DNA of 64,000 nt from Clostridia bacterium (GTDB lineage: Bacteria > Bacillota > Clostridia > CAKSNL01 > HGM11501), in NCBI GenBank assembly GCA_017411325.1, contig JAFQQJ010000019.1:129540-193539 (forward strand). The letters are read 5' to 3'. The first letter of the stretch is position 1, and every line of letters begins with the position of its first letter. Positions 1 to 7,500 of this stretch are shown here, in pieces. The notes under the pieces are model-generated. The model saw only the letters and a program-made list of their open reading frames with translations. It ran no database searches and was not told where the DNA came from. The position numbers and the translations under genes were made by a program.

Positions 1-2
1 TC

Positions 3-581
3 GGTGCAGGAATTGATATTACCCGCCCCGTAGGCTCCCTTGTCGTGGATATCGGCGGCGGAACAACGGACACTGCTGTTATCTCCTTCGGCGGAATTGT
101 TGTTTCAAATTCCATCAAAACCGCAGGAAACAGCTTTGATGAGGCTATCGTAAGATACATAAGAGATAAGTACGGTATCGCCATCGGTGAGCGTACGGCA
201 GAAAACATAAAAATAAACATCGGCTGCGTATTTCCGAGAGATGAAGAGCTCAGTATGGATGTGCTCGGAAGAAGTCTGGTTTCCGGTCTTCCCAAAACAG
301 TCAATGTCACAAGCTCAGAGCTTCTCTCTCCGCTTGCCGAGTGCTTTACCGATATAATTGATGCGGTGCAGGTCACCCTTTCGCAGACTCCGCCCGAGCT
401 GGTGTCAGACATAAGCACATCAGGAATAATGCTTACCGGCGGCGGAAGCCTTATATCAGGATGCGAAAAGCTTCTTCAGAGAGAAACAGGACTTTCCGTT
501 ACCCTCGCAGAGGATGCGGTTGCCTGCGTGGCCAAAGGAACAGGGCTTGCCCTTTCCGTAACAGAATATATAAACCGATGA
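3..581 (+). CDS. mreB: Rod shape-determining protein MreB/Mbl, 5'-partial
   Basis: Frame is open from the window edge. Actin-like motifs GAGIDI..P.GSLVVDIGGGTTD, AENIKINIG and GIMLTGGGSLI are present. Confidence 0.92.
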   Translation, partial: GAGIDITRPVGSLVVDIGGGTTDTAVISFGGIVVSNSIKTAGNSFDEAIVRYIRDKYGIAIGERTAENIKINIGCVFPRDEELSMDVLGRSLVSGLPKTVNVTSSELLSPLAECFTDIIDAVQVTLSQTPPELVSDISTSGIMLTGGGSLISGCEKLLQRETGLSVTLAEDAVACVAKGTGLALSVTEYINR

Positions 582-2767
582 GCATTTTAAATCGCAGACT
601 TGCACTAATATTCACAGGATTCACAGCGGGAGTATTTTTATATCAATACTCCCCTTTTCTTACCCTTGTGCTTTTGCCGCTTTCCCTTATTATGCTTAAA
701 TTTACGGGTAAGCGTGCCACAGCATTAATAATTGCTGTTTTAATGTTTTTCGCAGGCGGAGCATACACTTTACTTACAGAAAAAAGCGGGCTCGTAAAGT
801 CAGAGAAAATCGCAGGCATCGAAACGGAAATTCAGGGCACAATCATTTCCATTCCCGAGAACGAAAGCTATGGACAGAGTGCCGTCTGCAAAACAAAGTA
901 CGGCAATATACGCCTTATGACAAGCGAACCTGTCCTTGAGTACAAGGACAGTGTAACCTTTACGGCAAAGTGCTATTATCCCGATGAAAAAAGCCGTCCA
1001 TTCGCCTTTGACTATCCTTTATACTTAAGGACTAAAGGCATTTATCTTCAGGCTTTCGCAAGTGAGATCAGAGTAAATTCAAACGAAGCATCGATGCTTA
1101 ACCCGGTTGATGCCGCTACACTTCTTCGCACAGAATTAATCGATAAGGCAAATACCTTGTGGTCGGGCGAAGCTTTAATGTTTGCCCGCGCCATACTCTT
1201 GGGTGACACGTCCTATGCCTCGGATGAATTCCGTGACAAGCTTTCTGCGGGAAGTATATCCCATATTATAGCGGTTTCGGGTACTCATGTTTCTTTTGTT
1301 TCCGCCATGTTTTTGCTTCTTACATCAACATTTGCAAAGCGGAAACGGTACTTAAACCTTTTATCCGTCCCGCTTATTGTTGCCTTCGTAATCCTGACGG
1401 GTGCATCTCCCTCCTCAATACGCGCGGCAATAATGATGATATTTTACTTAATTGCCAAAAGCACCCTTTCACATTATGACGGTTTCACAGCTTTATCCAT
1501 AGCCGCCTTTTCTATATTGATTACAAATCCCTTTACCGCATTTTCATTAAGCTTTATACTTTCCTTTTCGGCGGTTTCGGGAATACTTCTTTTCGCAAAA
1601 CCGTTGTCGGATATTTTTACCCGCCTTCATACGGGATTTCTTGCAAACATTCTTGCCGTAACATTATCTGCCCAGGTTTTTACAATGATTACACTGTGTT
1701 TTTCCTTCGGAAGATTCCCCTTTACGGCATTGATTGCAAATCTTGCGGCGGTGCCGCTGGTACCCTTTATTATGGCTTCGGGATATCTTTCTTTCGTCAT
1801 CTCATTCATAGCACCGGCATTCAATATAGTTTCATATCTCACCGAGGTTTTAATGGGCATATGTATTGCAATTGCCGACTTTGCGGGAAAGCTTCCACTT
1901 TCCAATATTTATCCCGTATTTTCAGACAGCATCGTGTTTGCATCAATTTTTGTTTTCTTTATGGCTCTGCTTACCGCACTTCTTTTGTTCAAGGCAAGAA
2001 AGACGGCAATCGTATTTTTATGCCTTACCCTTTTAAGTGCGGCAATAAACTACAACCTGCCCGGAATTTACGGTGAAAAATCCTTTTATTTTACCGATGC
2101 AGGGCACGGCGACGCCACCTTCATATTCAACGGCAGAACCGCCGTTATGGCGGAGTGCTTGTCGCCCGAAAATAAGTTTATCAGAAACACCGTGCTTCCC
2201 GTTTTGAGACAGCACGGTCAAAGGGATTTAGATGCGGTTTTCCTTACGGAATACGATTCCCTTGATGAGGATGTTTCAGAGCTTATCCGAAGCTTCCCCG
2301 TAAAGCAGGTTTATATTCCGGAAGGTGCAGAATGCGAAGAGCTTAAGAACACAGCTGCAGAAATAATTTTCGTAAACGAAGGCGATACTTTTATTGTTGG
2401 CGAAATTTCCGTCAGCATCCCCCATGCTTCCGAAGGTACTTGCTCTTTTATCTTTTCAAGCTCGGATACGGATTTGTTAATCCCCGGAAATATGGAAGAA
2501 AAGAAAGAAAAGATGCTTTCAGAAAATATTTCGGATGTGGACATATTAAAGGCGCCCCGTCACGGAAACAAAGGCTCCTGCTCCGAAGCTTTACTTGATG
2601 CCGCAAAGCCGGAAGCTGTAATTGTCAGCACCGGAAGGGCACTGTCCGATAACTTCAGCGCCCGCCTTTCTTCATACAATGTTTATTCAACAAAGACGGG
2701 CGGCGACATAACCGCCATAGCAGAAAACGGACTTAAAATCACTCCTTACAAGAAGGTGACAAAATGA
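578..2767 (+). CDS. comEC: DNA internalization competence protein ComEC/Rec2 (TM + OB + Competence + degenerate MBL domain)
   Basis: ATG at 578 overlaps the mreB stop (ATGA). Motifs HIIAVSGTHV, GASPSSIRAAIM, SFILSFSAV, and C-terminal DAGHGDA and KAPRHG. Lies upstream of holA, the usual synteny. Confidence 0.9.
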   Translation: MSILNRRLALIFTGFTAGVFLYQYSPFLTLVLLPLSLIMLKFTGKRATALIIAVLMFFAGGAYTLLTEKSGLVKSEKIAGIETEIQGTIISIPENESYGQSAVCKTKYGNIRLMTSEPVLEYKDSVTFTAKCYYPDEKSRPFAFDYPLYLRTKGIYLQAFASEIRVNSNEASMLNPVDAATLLRTELIDKANTLWSGEALMFARAILLGDTSYASDEFRDKLSAGSISHIIAVSGTHVSFVSAMFLLLTSTFAKRKRYLNLLSVPLIVAFVILTGASPSSIRAAIMMIFYLIAKSTLSHYDGFTALSIAAFSILITNPFTAFSLSFILSFSAVSGILLFAKPLSDIFTRLHTGFLANILAVTLSAQVFTMITLCFSFGRFPFTALIANLAAVPLVPFIMASGYLSFVISFIAPAFNIVSYLTEVLMGICIAIADFAGKLPLSNIYPVFSDSIVFASIFVFFMALLTALLLFKARKTAIVFLCLTLLSAAINYNLPGIYGEKSFYFTDAGHGDATFIFNGRTAVMAECLSPENKFIRNTVLPVLRQHGQRDLDAVFLTEYDSLDEDVSELIRSFPVKQVYIPEGAECEELKNTAAEIIFVNEGDTFIVGEISVSIPHASEGTCSFIFSSSDTDLLIPGNMEEKKEKMLSENISDVDILKAPRHGNKGSCSEALLDAAKPEAVIVSTGRALSDNFSARLSSYNVYSTKTGGDITAIAENGLKITPYKKVTK

Positions 2768-3768
2768 ACTACAAGGAATTAAAAAAGCAGATATCCGAAG
2801 GGCTTTCATCCCTTTATCTATTCTACGGAGATGAAGTATACCTTAAAAATTATATGACCGAGCGGCTTATAAAAAGTGCGGTGGATTCTGATTTTGCGGA
2901 ATTCAATCACCTTACGCTTACAGCCGAAACTCTGACGGTTGATGCAGTTTCCGACTTTTTCGAGGCGTATCCCGTTATGAGTGAGCGAAAGCTTTTGCAC
3001 ATAAAGGATGCAGGGATTTTTTCCGCCAGACGAAGCGACAAGGAAACCTATGCCGCCCTTTTATCCGATATCCCCGATTTTGTCACCGTTTTAATTACAG
3101 AGGATGCTCCCGACAAGCGCGGTCAGGTGTATAAAGCCCTTTCCAAAAAGGCTGTTATATGCGAATTTAACTATCTTGACCGACCGGATTTAAAAAGTCA
3201 CGTATTAAAAAAGCTTTCATCGGAAAAGAAGGATATGGCCGCTTCCGACCTTGAATATTTCCTTGACTTAACAGGCCCGGACCTTACAAACATACGTCTT
3301 GAGACAGAAAAGCTTATTGCATTCACCGGTCTCCGTGAGAAAATCACCCGTGCGGATATTGACAAAAACATACAGCCCCCTCTCCTTTCAAAGATTTACG
3401 ATATTTCCGAGGCTGTTCTTTCAAAAAACAGCGACTATGCCTTAAAGCTTTTGTCGGATTTACAGAAAAACAACGAATCTTCTTTAAGGATTTTATCCGT
3501 CCTTGCATCATATTTTTCAGACCTTTACAGGGCATATGTGCTTTCAAGAGAAAATATGAGCTATCCCGAGATGGTGGAAGCTATGAAATTTCCGCCCCAG
3601 AGAAAATTTGTGGCAGATAAAATGTTTAAAAGAGCAAAAAGCATAAATCCCGACTTTTTAAGAGAGTGCATATCCGAATGCACAAAGGCTGAAAACGATG
3701 TAAAAAACGGACTTATTTCAGAAAAAAGGGCACTTGATCTCATCATATTAAAATTTCTGAATTCATAA
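2764..3768 (+). CDS. holA: DNA polymerase III subunit delta
   Basis: YLFYGDEVYL N-terminus, PVMSERKL and ETEKL motifs, 334 aa, ATGA overlap with comEC. Confidence 0.92.
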   Translation: MNYKELKKQISEGLSSLYLFYGDEVYLKNYMTERLIKSAVDSDFAEFNHLTLTAETLTVDAVSDFFEAYPVMSERKLLHIKDAGIFSARRSDKETYAALLSDIPDFVTVLITEDAPDKRGQVYKALSKKAVICEFNYLDRPDLKSHVLKKLSSEKKDMAASDLEYFLDLTGPDLTNIRLETEKLIAFTGLREKITRADIDKNIQPPLLSKIYDISEAVLSKNSDYALKLLSDLQKNNESSLRILSVLASYFSDLYRAYVLSRENMSYPEMVEAMKFPPQRKFVADKMFKRAKSINPDFLRECISECTKAENDVKNGLISEKRALDLIILKFLNS

Positions 3769-3795
3769 AAACTTTTAAAAAATCAAAAATAACTC

Positions 3796-3824
3796 TTGAC
3801 TTTTCCCCACTTTTGTAGTATTAT
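3796..3824 (+). promoter_or_regulatory. Sigma-A promoter of tRNA-Arg
   Basis: TTGACT (3796-3801), 17 bp spacer, TATTAT (3819-3824). Confidence 0.7.
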
Positions 3825-3838
3825 TTTTAATGTTGTAT

Positions 3839-3915
3839 GCGCCGTTAGCTCAGCTGGATAGAGCGTTTGGCTACGGACCAAAAGGTCGGGGATTCGAATT
3901 CTCCACGGCGCACCA
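3839..3915 (+). tRNA. tRNA-Arg(ACG)
   Basis: Acceptor stem GCGCCGT/ACGGCGC, D-arm GCTC..GAGC, anticodon arm TTTGG-CTACGGA-CCAAA, T-loop TTCGAAT, encoded CCA, 77 nt. Confidence 0.97.
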
Positions 3916-3918
3916 ATT

Positions 3919-3950
3919 AAAAAGCCATCCACAGGATGGCTTTTTTTGTT
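3919..3950. terminator. Bidirectional intrinsic terminator
   Basis: AAAAGCCATCC-ACA-GGATGGCTTTTTTT between the tRNA and a convergent ORF. Confidence 0.8.
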
Positions 3951-4463
3951 TTATAATAGATTTATTATTCTTAATCCCTTTTTCACAGCATAGTTATAGG
4001 CAAGCTTTGTTCCGCTTTCAGGTTGATAATCAAACAAATCCCGACGACTGTTCTTCCGTCTTGGCGGCATATAGTTTTCATCATAGTAAATAATGCAATA
4101 GTTGCTTTTATCAATCATTTCATAATTACGCTCAACATAACTCGCTCTGCCTGCGTTAATCATCCTCTCCGGATAATATGTATAGTCATAGTTTTCCAAA
4201 AGATAGGCTGCATAATCTTCGTCAATATAAGGAAACTCAGCCCTCACATAGATTCTACTTATGTGAGGGTATTTCTTTTTAAGCTCCGTAACAACATTCA
4301 CACAAAGTGTGTCAAATCGACTCTTACTACCGAATAAGAAGGTATCAACATTTTTATATTTAATTAAATCTTCAACAGCTTCTTTTATTCGATTCACCAA
4401 TTCATCAGAAATCTCTATCCTTCTATGTCCGAAGAAACAGCAGGTGTGTTCTTTTGTTTTCAT
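3951..4463 (-). CDS. SLOG-superfamily (YspA/DUF1273-like) protein
   Basis: CCFFGHR N-terminal motif, FLFGSKSRFD, YVERNYEMIDKS and SGTKLAYNYA resemble the YspA/DUF1273 pattern. ATG at 4463 chosen as start. Confidence 0.7.
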   Translation of the reverse strand: MKTKEHTCCFFGHRRIEISDELVNRIKEAVEDLIKYKNVDTFLFGSKSRFDTLCVNVVTELKKKYPHISRIYVRAEFPYIDEDYAAYLLENYDYTYYPERMINAGRASYVERNYEMIDKSNYCIIYYDENYMPPRRKNSRRDLFDYQPESGTKLAYNYAVKKGLRIINLL

Positions 4464-4478
4464 AATTATCCCCCACAC

Positions 4479-4562
4479 AATTATTGACCAATATCACGGA
4501 CAATATTTTCTCTGATTATATCATACAATATAAATAGTTGCAACCAATATTGGTCAATTATT
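4479..4562. promoter_or_regulatory. Inverted-repeat operator region between the divergent SLOG and XRE genes
   Basis: TTGACCAATAT (4484-4494) and its reverse complement ATATTGGTCAA (4547-4557). Perfect palindrome ACCAATATTGGT (4543-4554). Confidence 0.55.
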
Positions 4563-4580
4563 TATTGTGGGGTGTAATCT

Positions 4581-4829
4581 ATGGAACAGAAAATAAGGCG
4601 TGATCGCAATATGGGAGATAATTTAAGAAAGCTCAGACTTGATCACGATATATCACAGGAAAAGCTTTGTGCCGAGCTTCAGCGTCGTGGATGTGATATT
4701 GGTCGCAGCACGTATGCGAAATACGAAGCCGGTGAACTTAATATCAGAGCAAGCGTTATTATTGAATTAAAGAAAGTTTACAAATGCACATATGATGACT
4801 TTTTCGAAGGTCTTGATGTTAACGTCTGA
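4581..4829 (+). CDS. XRE-family HTH transcriptional regulator
   Basis: MGDNLRKLR...ISQEKL...RSTYAKYEAGE HTH_3 pattern. Confidence 0.88.
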   Translation: MEQKIRRDRNMGDNLRKLRLDHDISQEKLCAELQRRGCDIGRSTYAKYEAGELNIRASVIIELKKVYKCTYDDFFEGLDVNV

Positions 4830-4830
4830 C

Positions 4831-4869
4831 AAAACACGAAGCTACCGATTGGAAGCTCCGTGTTTTTTT
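4831..4869 (+). terminator. Intrinsic terminator
   Basis: Imperfect stem AAAACACG-AAGCT...AGCT-CCGTGTTTT followed by a T-run. Confidence 0.55.
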
Positions 4870-4938
4870 GTTTTATCGGTTGTATTTTTCATTTAATTAT
4901 GATATACTTAAGTTTATAAAATCAGCGGGAGGGTTTAT

Positions 4939-6069
4939 ATGAAATTACTTGATTTTAACGCTCTTTCAGAGAATATAGAGAAAATTGCAGATTATGACCT
5001 TGAAAACAACAATGTTTTCGGTTCATCCTACTTTGTATATCAGAAAGGAAACCTTACATATAAAAAGCATTTCGGCTACACGGGATTAAACAAAGAGCAG
5101 GAAGTTGATGACCGTACCATTTTCCGCCTTGCATCAATGACAAAGCCCATAACCGCCTTTGCAATGATGGTTTTAATTGACAAAGGCTTAGTCTCCCTTG
5201 ACACAAAGGCGAAGGATTTTATTCCAGAGCTTTCAAAAATCCACGTAATAACCCCCGAAGGCGAAGACCTTGGCGAAGTTGTGAGCGATGTAACCATAAA
5301 GCACCTTCTTACCCATACATCCGGAATCGTAAGCCTTAAACCCCTCTCGCTTTCAGAGGACGAGAAAGCATCGCTTAAGGCTTCCGTCAATGGCTTTTTA
5401 AAAAACGGACTTGATTTTGAGCCCTTTACCAGGGCTGCATATTCCGGAGTTGCCGCCTTTAACATTGCATCTGTCATAATTGAAACGGTGTCCGGTATGA
5501 GCTATCCCGATTTTATCAAAAAGGAAATCTTTGAGCCTCTCGGAATGGTTGACACCGCCTTTATCCCCACATCGGAGCAGGAAAGCCGTATAATTACAAT
5601 GCATGTTAAAATTGACGGGAAAAATGCTGTCGGCAAAACTTACCCGGGATGCATTTTCGGGGACTATCCCTGGACACATCCTCTTGGCGGTGCGGGACTT
5701 TTCTCATCCCTGCACGACTATTCAGCCTTTGCAAAAATGCTTTTGGCAGAAGGTGAGACTGAAGACAGAAAAGAGCTTGTTTCAAAGGAAACCTTACGCC
5801 TTATGAAAACGCCCTTGGTTCCTCAGGATGTTATGCCGCAAAACGCGTACAGCTGGGGCCTTGGCGTCCGTGTAATTACAAATCCTGATTACCAGATTCT
5901 TCCCGTGGGTACTTTCGGATGGTCGGGTGCATACGGCCCCCACTTCTGGATTGATCCCGAAAACGAAGTATGCGCCGTATTTATGAAAAATTCTCAGTTT
6001 GACGGCGGAGCGGGCAATAAATCGGCTGTCAGATTTGAACAGGCAGTATTTGATTCATTTAAGGAGTAA
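4939..6069 (+). CDS. Serine hydrolase, beta-lactamase class C / esterase family VIII
   Basis: FRLASMTK (SxxK), HLLTHTSG, YS motif, GGAGLFS, FGWSGAYG. No signal peptide. Confidence 0.88.
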   Translation: MKLLDFNALSENIEKIADYDLENNNVFGSSYFVYQKGNLTYKKHFGYTGLNKEQEVDDRTIFRLASMTKPITAFAMMVLIDKGLVSLDTKAKDFIPELSKIHVITPEGEDLGEVVSDVTIKHLLTHTSGIVSLKPLSLSEDEKASLKASVNGFLKNGLDFEPFTRAAYSGVAAFNIASVIIETVSGMSYPDFIKKEIFEPLGMVDTAFIPTSEQESRIITMHVKIDGKNAVGKTYPGCIFGDYPWTHPLGGAGLFSSLHDYSAFAKMLLAEGETEDRKELVSKETLRLMKTPLVPQDVMPQNAYSWGLGVRVITNPDYQILPVGTFGWSGAYGPHFWIDPENEVCAVFMKNSQFDGGAGNKSAVRFEQAVFDSFKE

Positions 6070-6078
6070 ACAATAAAA

Positions 6079-6123
6079 ATAAGCATTCATTCACGACCTT
6101 TACATAAGTGAATGAATGCTTAT
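6079..6123. terminator. Bidirectional hairpin terminator
   Basis: ATAAGCATTCATTCAC ... GTGAATGAATGCTTAT inverted repeat between convergent genes. Confidence 0.7.
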
Positions 6124-6338
6124 TTTTTAGGATATGCTTCTTTTATGTCGGTAATTCCCAAAAGATAGTCTGTACTTGTATTAAAAAGAGCAGCAAGCTT
6201 TATGAGTACATCTGTCGGAACATCTCTTTGCCCCGTTTCGTAGTAGGAATATCCTACCTGGGAGCAACTTAATATTTTCGCCACGTCAGACTGTGTCAAA
6301 TCCATATCCTCGCGGAGATTCCGTATTCTTATATACAT
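6120..6338 (-). CDS. XRE-family HTH repressor
   Basis: RIRNLREDMDLTQSDVA...YSYYETGQR...LAALFNTSTDYLLG. Confidence 0.92.
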   Translation of the reverse strand: MYIRIRNLREDMDLTQSDVAKILSCSQVGYSYYETGQRDVPTDVLIKLAALFNTSTDYLLGITDIKEAYPKK

Positions 6339-6376
6339 AATATCCCTGCTTTCAAGTGGTATATTGAGATTATACT

Positions 6377-6423
6377 ATATAACAAAATGCTATATTGACA
6401 AATATAACATTTTGTTATATAAT
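6377..6423 (+). promoter_or_regulatory. Consensus sigma-A promoter overlapped by two 19-bp palindromic operators
   Basis: TTGACA (6395-6400), 17 bp, TATAAT (6418-6423). Operators ATATAACAAAATGCTATAT (6377-6395) and ATATAACATTTTGTTATAT (6402-6420). Confidence 0.8.
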
Positions 6424-6443
6424 GTGCAAAGGAGGTGATTATT

Positions 6444-6602
6444 TTGTCTGATTTGGGCACAAAAGAATTTTCAAAAAAATGGAATGTATCTCAAGGAACT
6501 ATATCGAAATGGTGCAGAGAAGGCAAAATTAAAGGGGCCACACAAGATAAAAAAGGTAGTCCTTGGCATATACCGAAAGATGCAAAAAAACCCATAAAAT
6601 AA
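6444..6602 (+). CDS. Small excisionase-like / HTH_17 DNA-binding protein (52 aa, absent from the ORF track)
   Basis: RBS AAAGGAGGTG, then TTG. Manual translation MSDLGTKEFSKKWNVSQGTISKWCREGKIKGATQDKKGSPWHIPKDAKKPIK matches the winged-HTH excisionase pattern (W.VS..TI..WCR.G.I.GA...G..W.IP). Confidence 0.8.
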   Translation: MSDLGTKEFSKKWNVSQGTISKWCREGKIKGATQDKKGSPWHIPKDAKKPIK

Positions 6603-6616
6603 AGGAGGAAGGCAAA

Positions 6617-6826
6617 ATGGCATACATACCAAATAGCTGTCCGATGTGCGGAGAAATGACCAGGTGGAGAAGTGTAGATACTGCACATAAAGGATTTAGC
6701 GTAGGAAAAGCAGCAATAGGAGGCATCCTTTTGGGTCCTGTTGGTTTGGTTGGAGGGGCTCTTGGAAAGAAAAAAACAACCTACTGTTGCGGCAAATGTG
6801 GATTTACTCATGAATATAACGGATGA
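6617..6826 (+). CDS. Small protein: CxxC - glycine-zipper hydrophobic segment - CxxC
   Basis: RBS AGGAGG, ATG at 6617. CPMC ... KGFSVGKAAIGGILLGPVGLVGGALG ... CGKC. Confidence 0.75.
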   Translation: MAYIPNSCPMCGEMTRWRSVDTAHKGFSVGKAAIGGILLGPVGLVGGALGKKKTTYCCGKCGFTHEYNG

Positions 6827-6861
6827 AGATATAAAAAACATAAAAAGGATGTGATTATACA

Positions 6862-7368
6862 GTGGAGATAATTTTCCCAATTTTTATCCTTGTTATATGC
6901 TGTATTCCTATTTATAGAGCGATAAGGGATGCTGCTTGGTCAAAAGCTATTAACGAATGTGTAGCTAATTATTATAACTCAGGCCATGAGGTCGTATTAA
7001 AGAAGCGAGATGCACGATTGAACGGCGTCTTTGCAAGTATTCCTCAAAGCAAGGTGTCAGAAATTGAAGGAGACGGATATTTGATAATGTTTCGAGATGC
7101 TACGGCAAAAGAAGTACGCCTGGTAAGAAAAATAACGTTAAATGCTGATTTGGCCGAAAAAGCAAAAAAATCGGAGATATCTAAATATATGATAGGAAAC
7201 AGCATAATCGTTATAGAAGAGGTAGAACTTTCGAATTCAAGCATTAAAGCTCTACAAGATGGAGATGTAAAAAGAGCAGGATATTTGCATTTATATGAAG
7301 CTAGGAAAGGTTACCCCAGCTATACTAAATGCCAAGAAATAATAAGTTGGATATCTGGAGAAGGCTAA
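6862..7368 (+). CDS. Hypothetical protein with N-terminal membrane anchor
   Basis: AAGGA-type RBS before GTG, hydrophobic first 18 aa, AT-rich sequence, ends before a strong terminator. Confidence 0.6.
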   Translation: MEIIFPIFILVICCIPIYRAIRDAAWSKAINECVANYYNSGHEVVLKKRDARLNGVFASIPQSKVSEIEGDGYLIMFRDATAKEVRLVRKITLNADLAEKAKKSEISKYMIGNSIIVIEEVELSNSSIKALQDGDVKRAGYLHLYEARKGYPSYTKCQEIISWISGEG

Positions 7369-7395
7369 GAATAAGTGCATATTTGCCAAAAGAAA

Positions 7396-7440
7396 GAAAA
7401 GGTTAAAAAGAAAGCCAAAGGCTTTCTTTTTAACCTTTTT
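7396..7440 (+). terminator. Intrinsic terminator
   Basis: AAAAGGTTAAAAAGAAAGCC-AAA-GGCTTTCTTTTTAACCTTTT perfect long hairpin. Confidence 0.8.
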
Positions 7441-7443
7441 CAT

Positions 7444-7472
7444 TTGACAAAAGCCTTTAAAGTCAGTATAAT
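7444..7472 (+). promoter_or_regulatory. Consensus sigma-A promoter of the ABC-F gene
   Basis: TTGACA (7444-7449), 17 bp, TATAAT (7467-7472). Confidence 0.8.
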
Positions 7473-7500
7473 ACTTATATTATCTTAACAGGAGAATTTT

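Noticed and set aside
461-577. N-terminal extensions in the ORF track (comEC 461; also 44106, 54411, 61819, 24257, 6563)
   Set aside because: They overlap upstream genes or lack an RBS. Downstream starts with an RBS or signal peptide are better supported.
3830-4093. 87-aa ORF over the tRNA
   Set aside because: Spurious translation of the tRNA and its terminator.
4939-6069. Beta-lactam resistance gene
   Set aside because: A cytoplasmic SxxK serine hydrolase without a signal peptide, more consistent with a family VIII esterase.
3916-7440. Intact prophage or ICE integrated at tRNA-Arg
   Set aside because: No integrase, no structural or conjugation genes, and I found no duplicated tRNA 3' end (att site).
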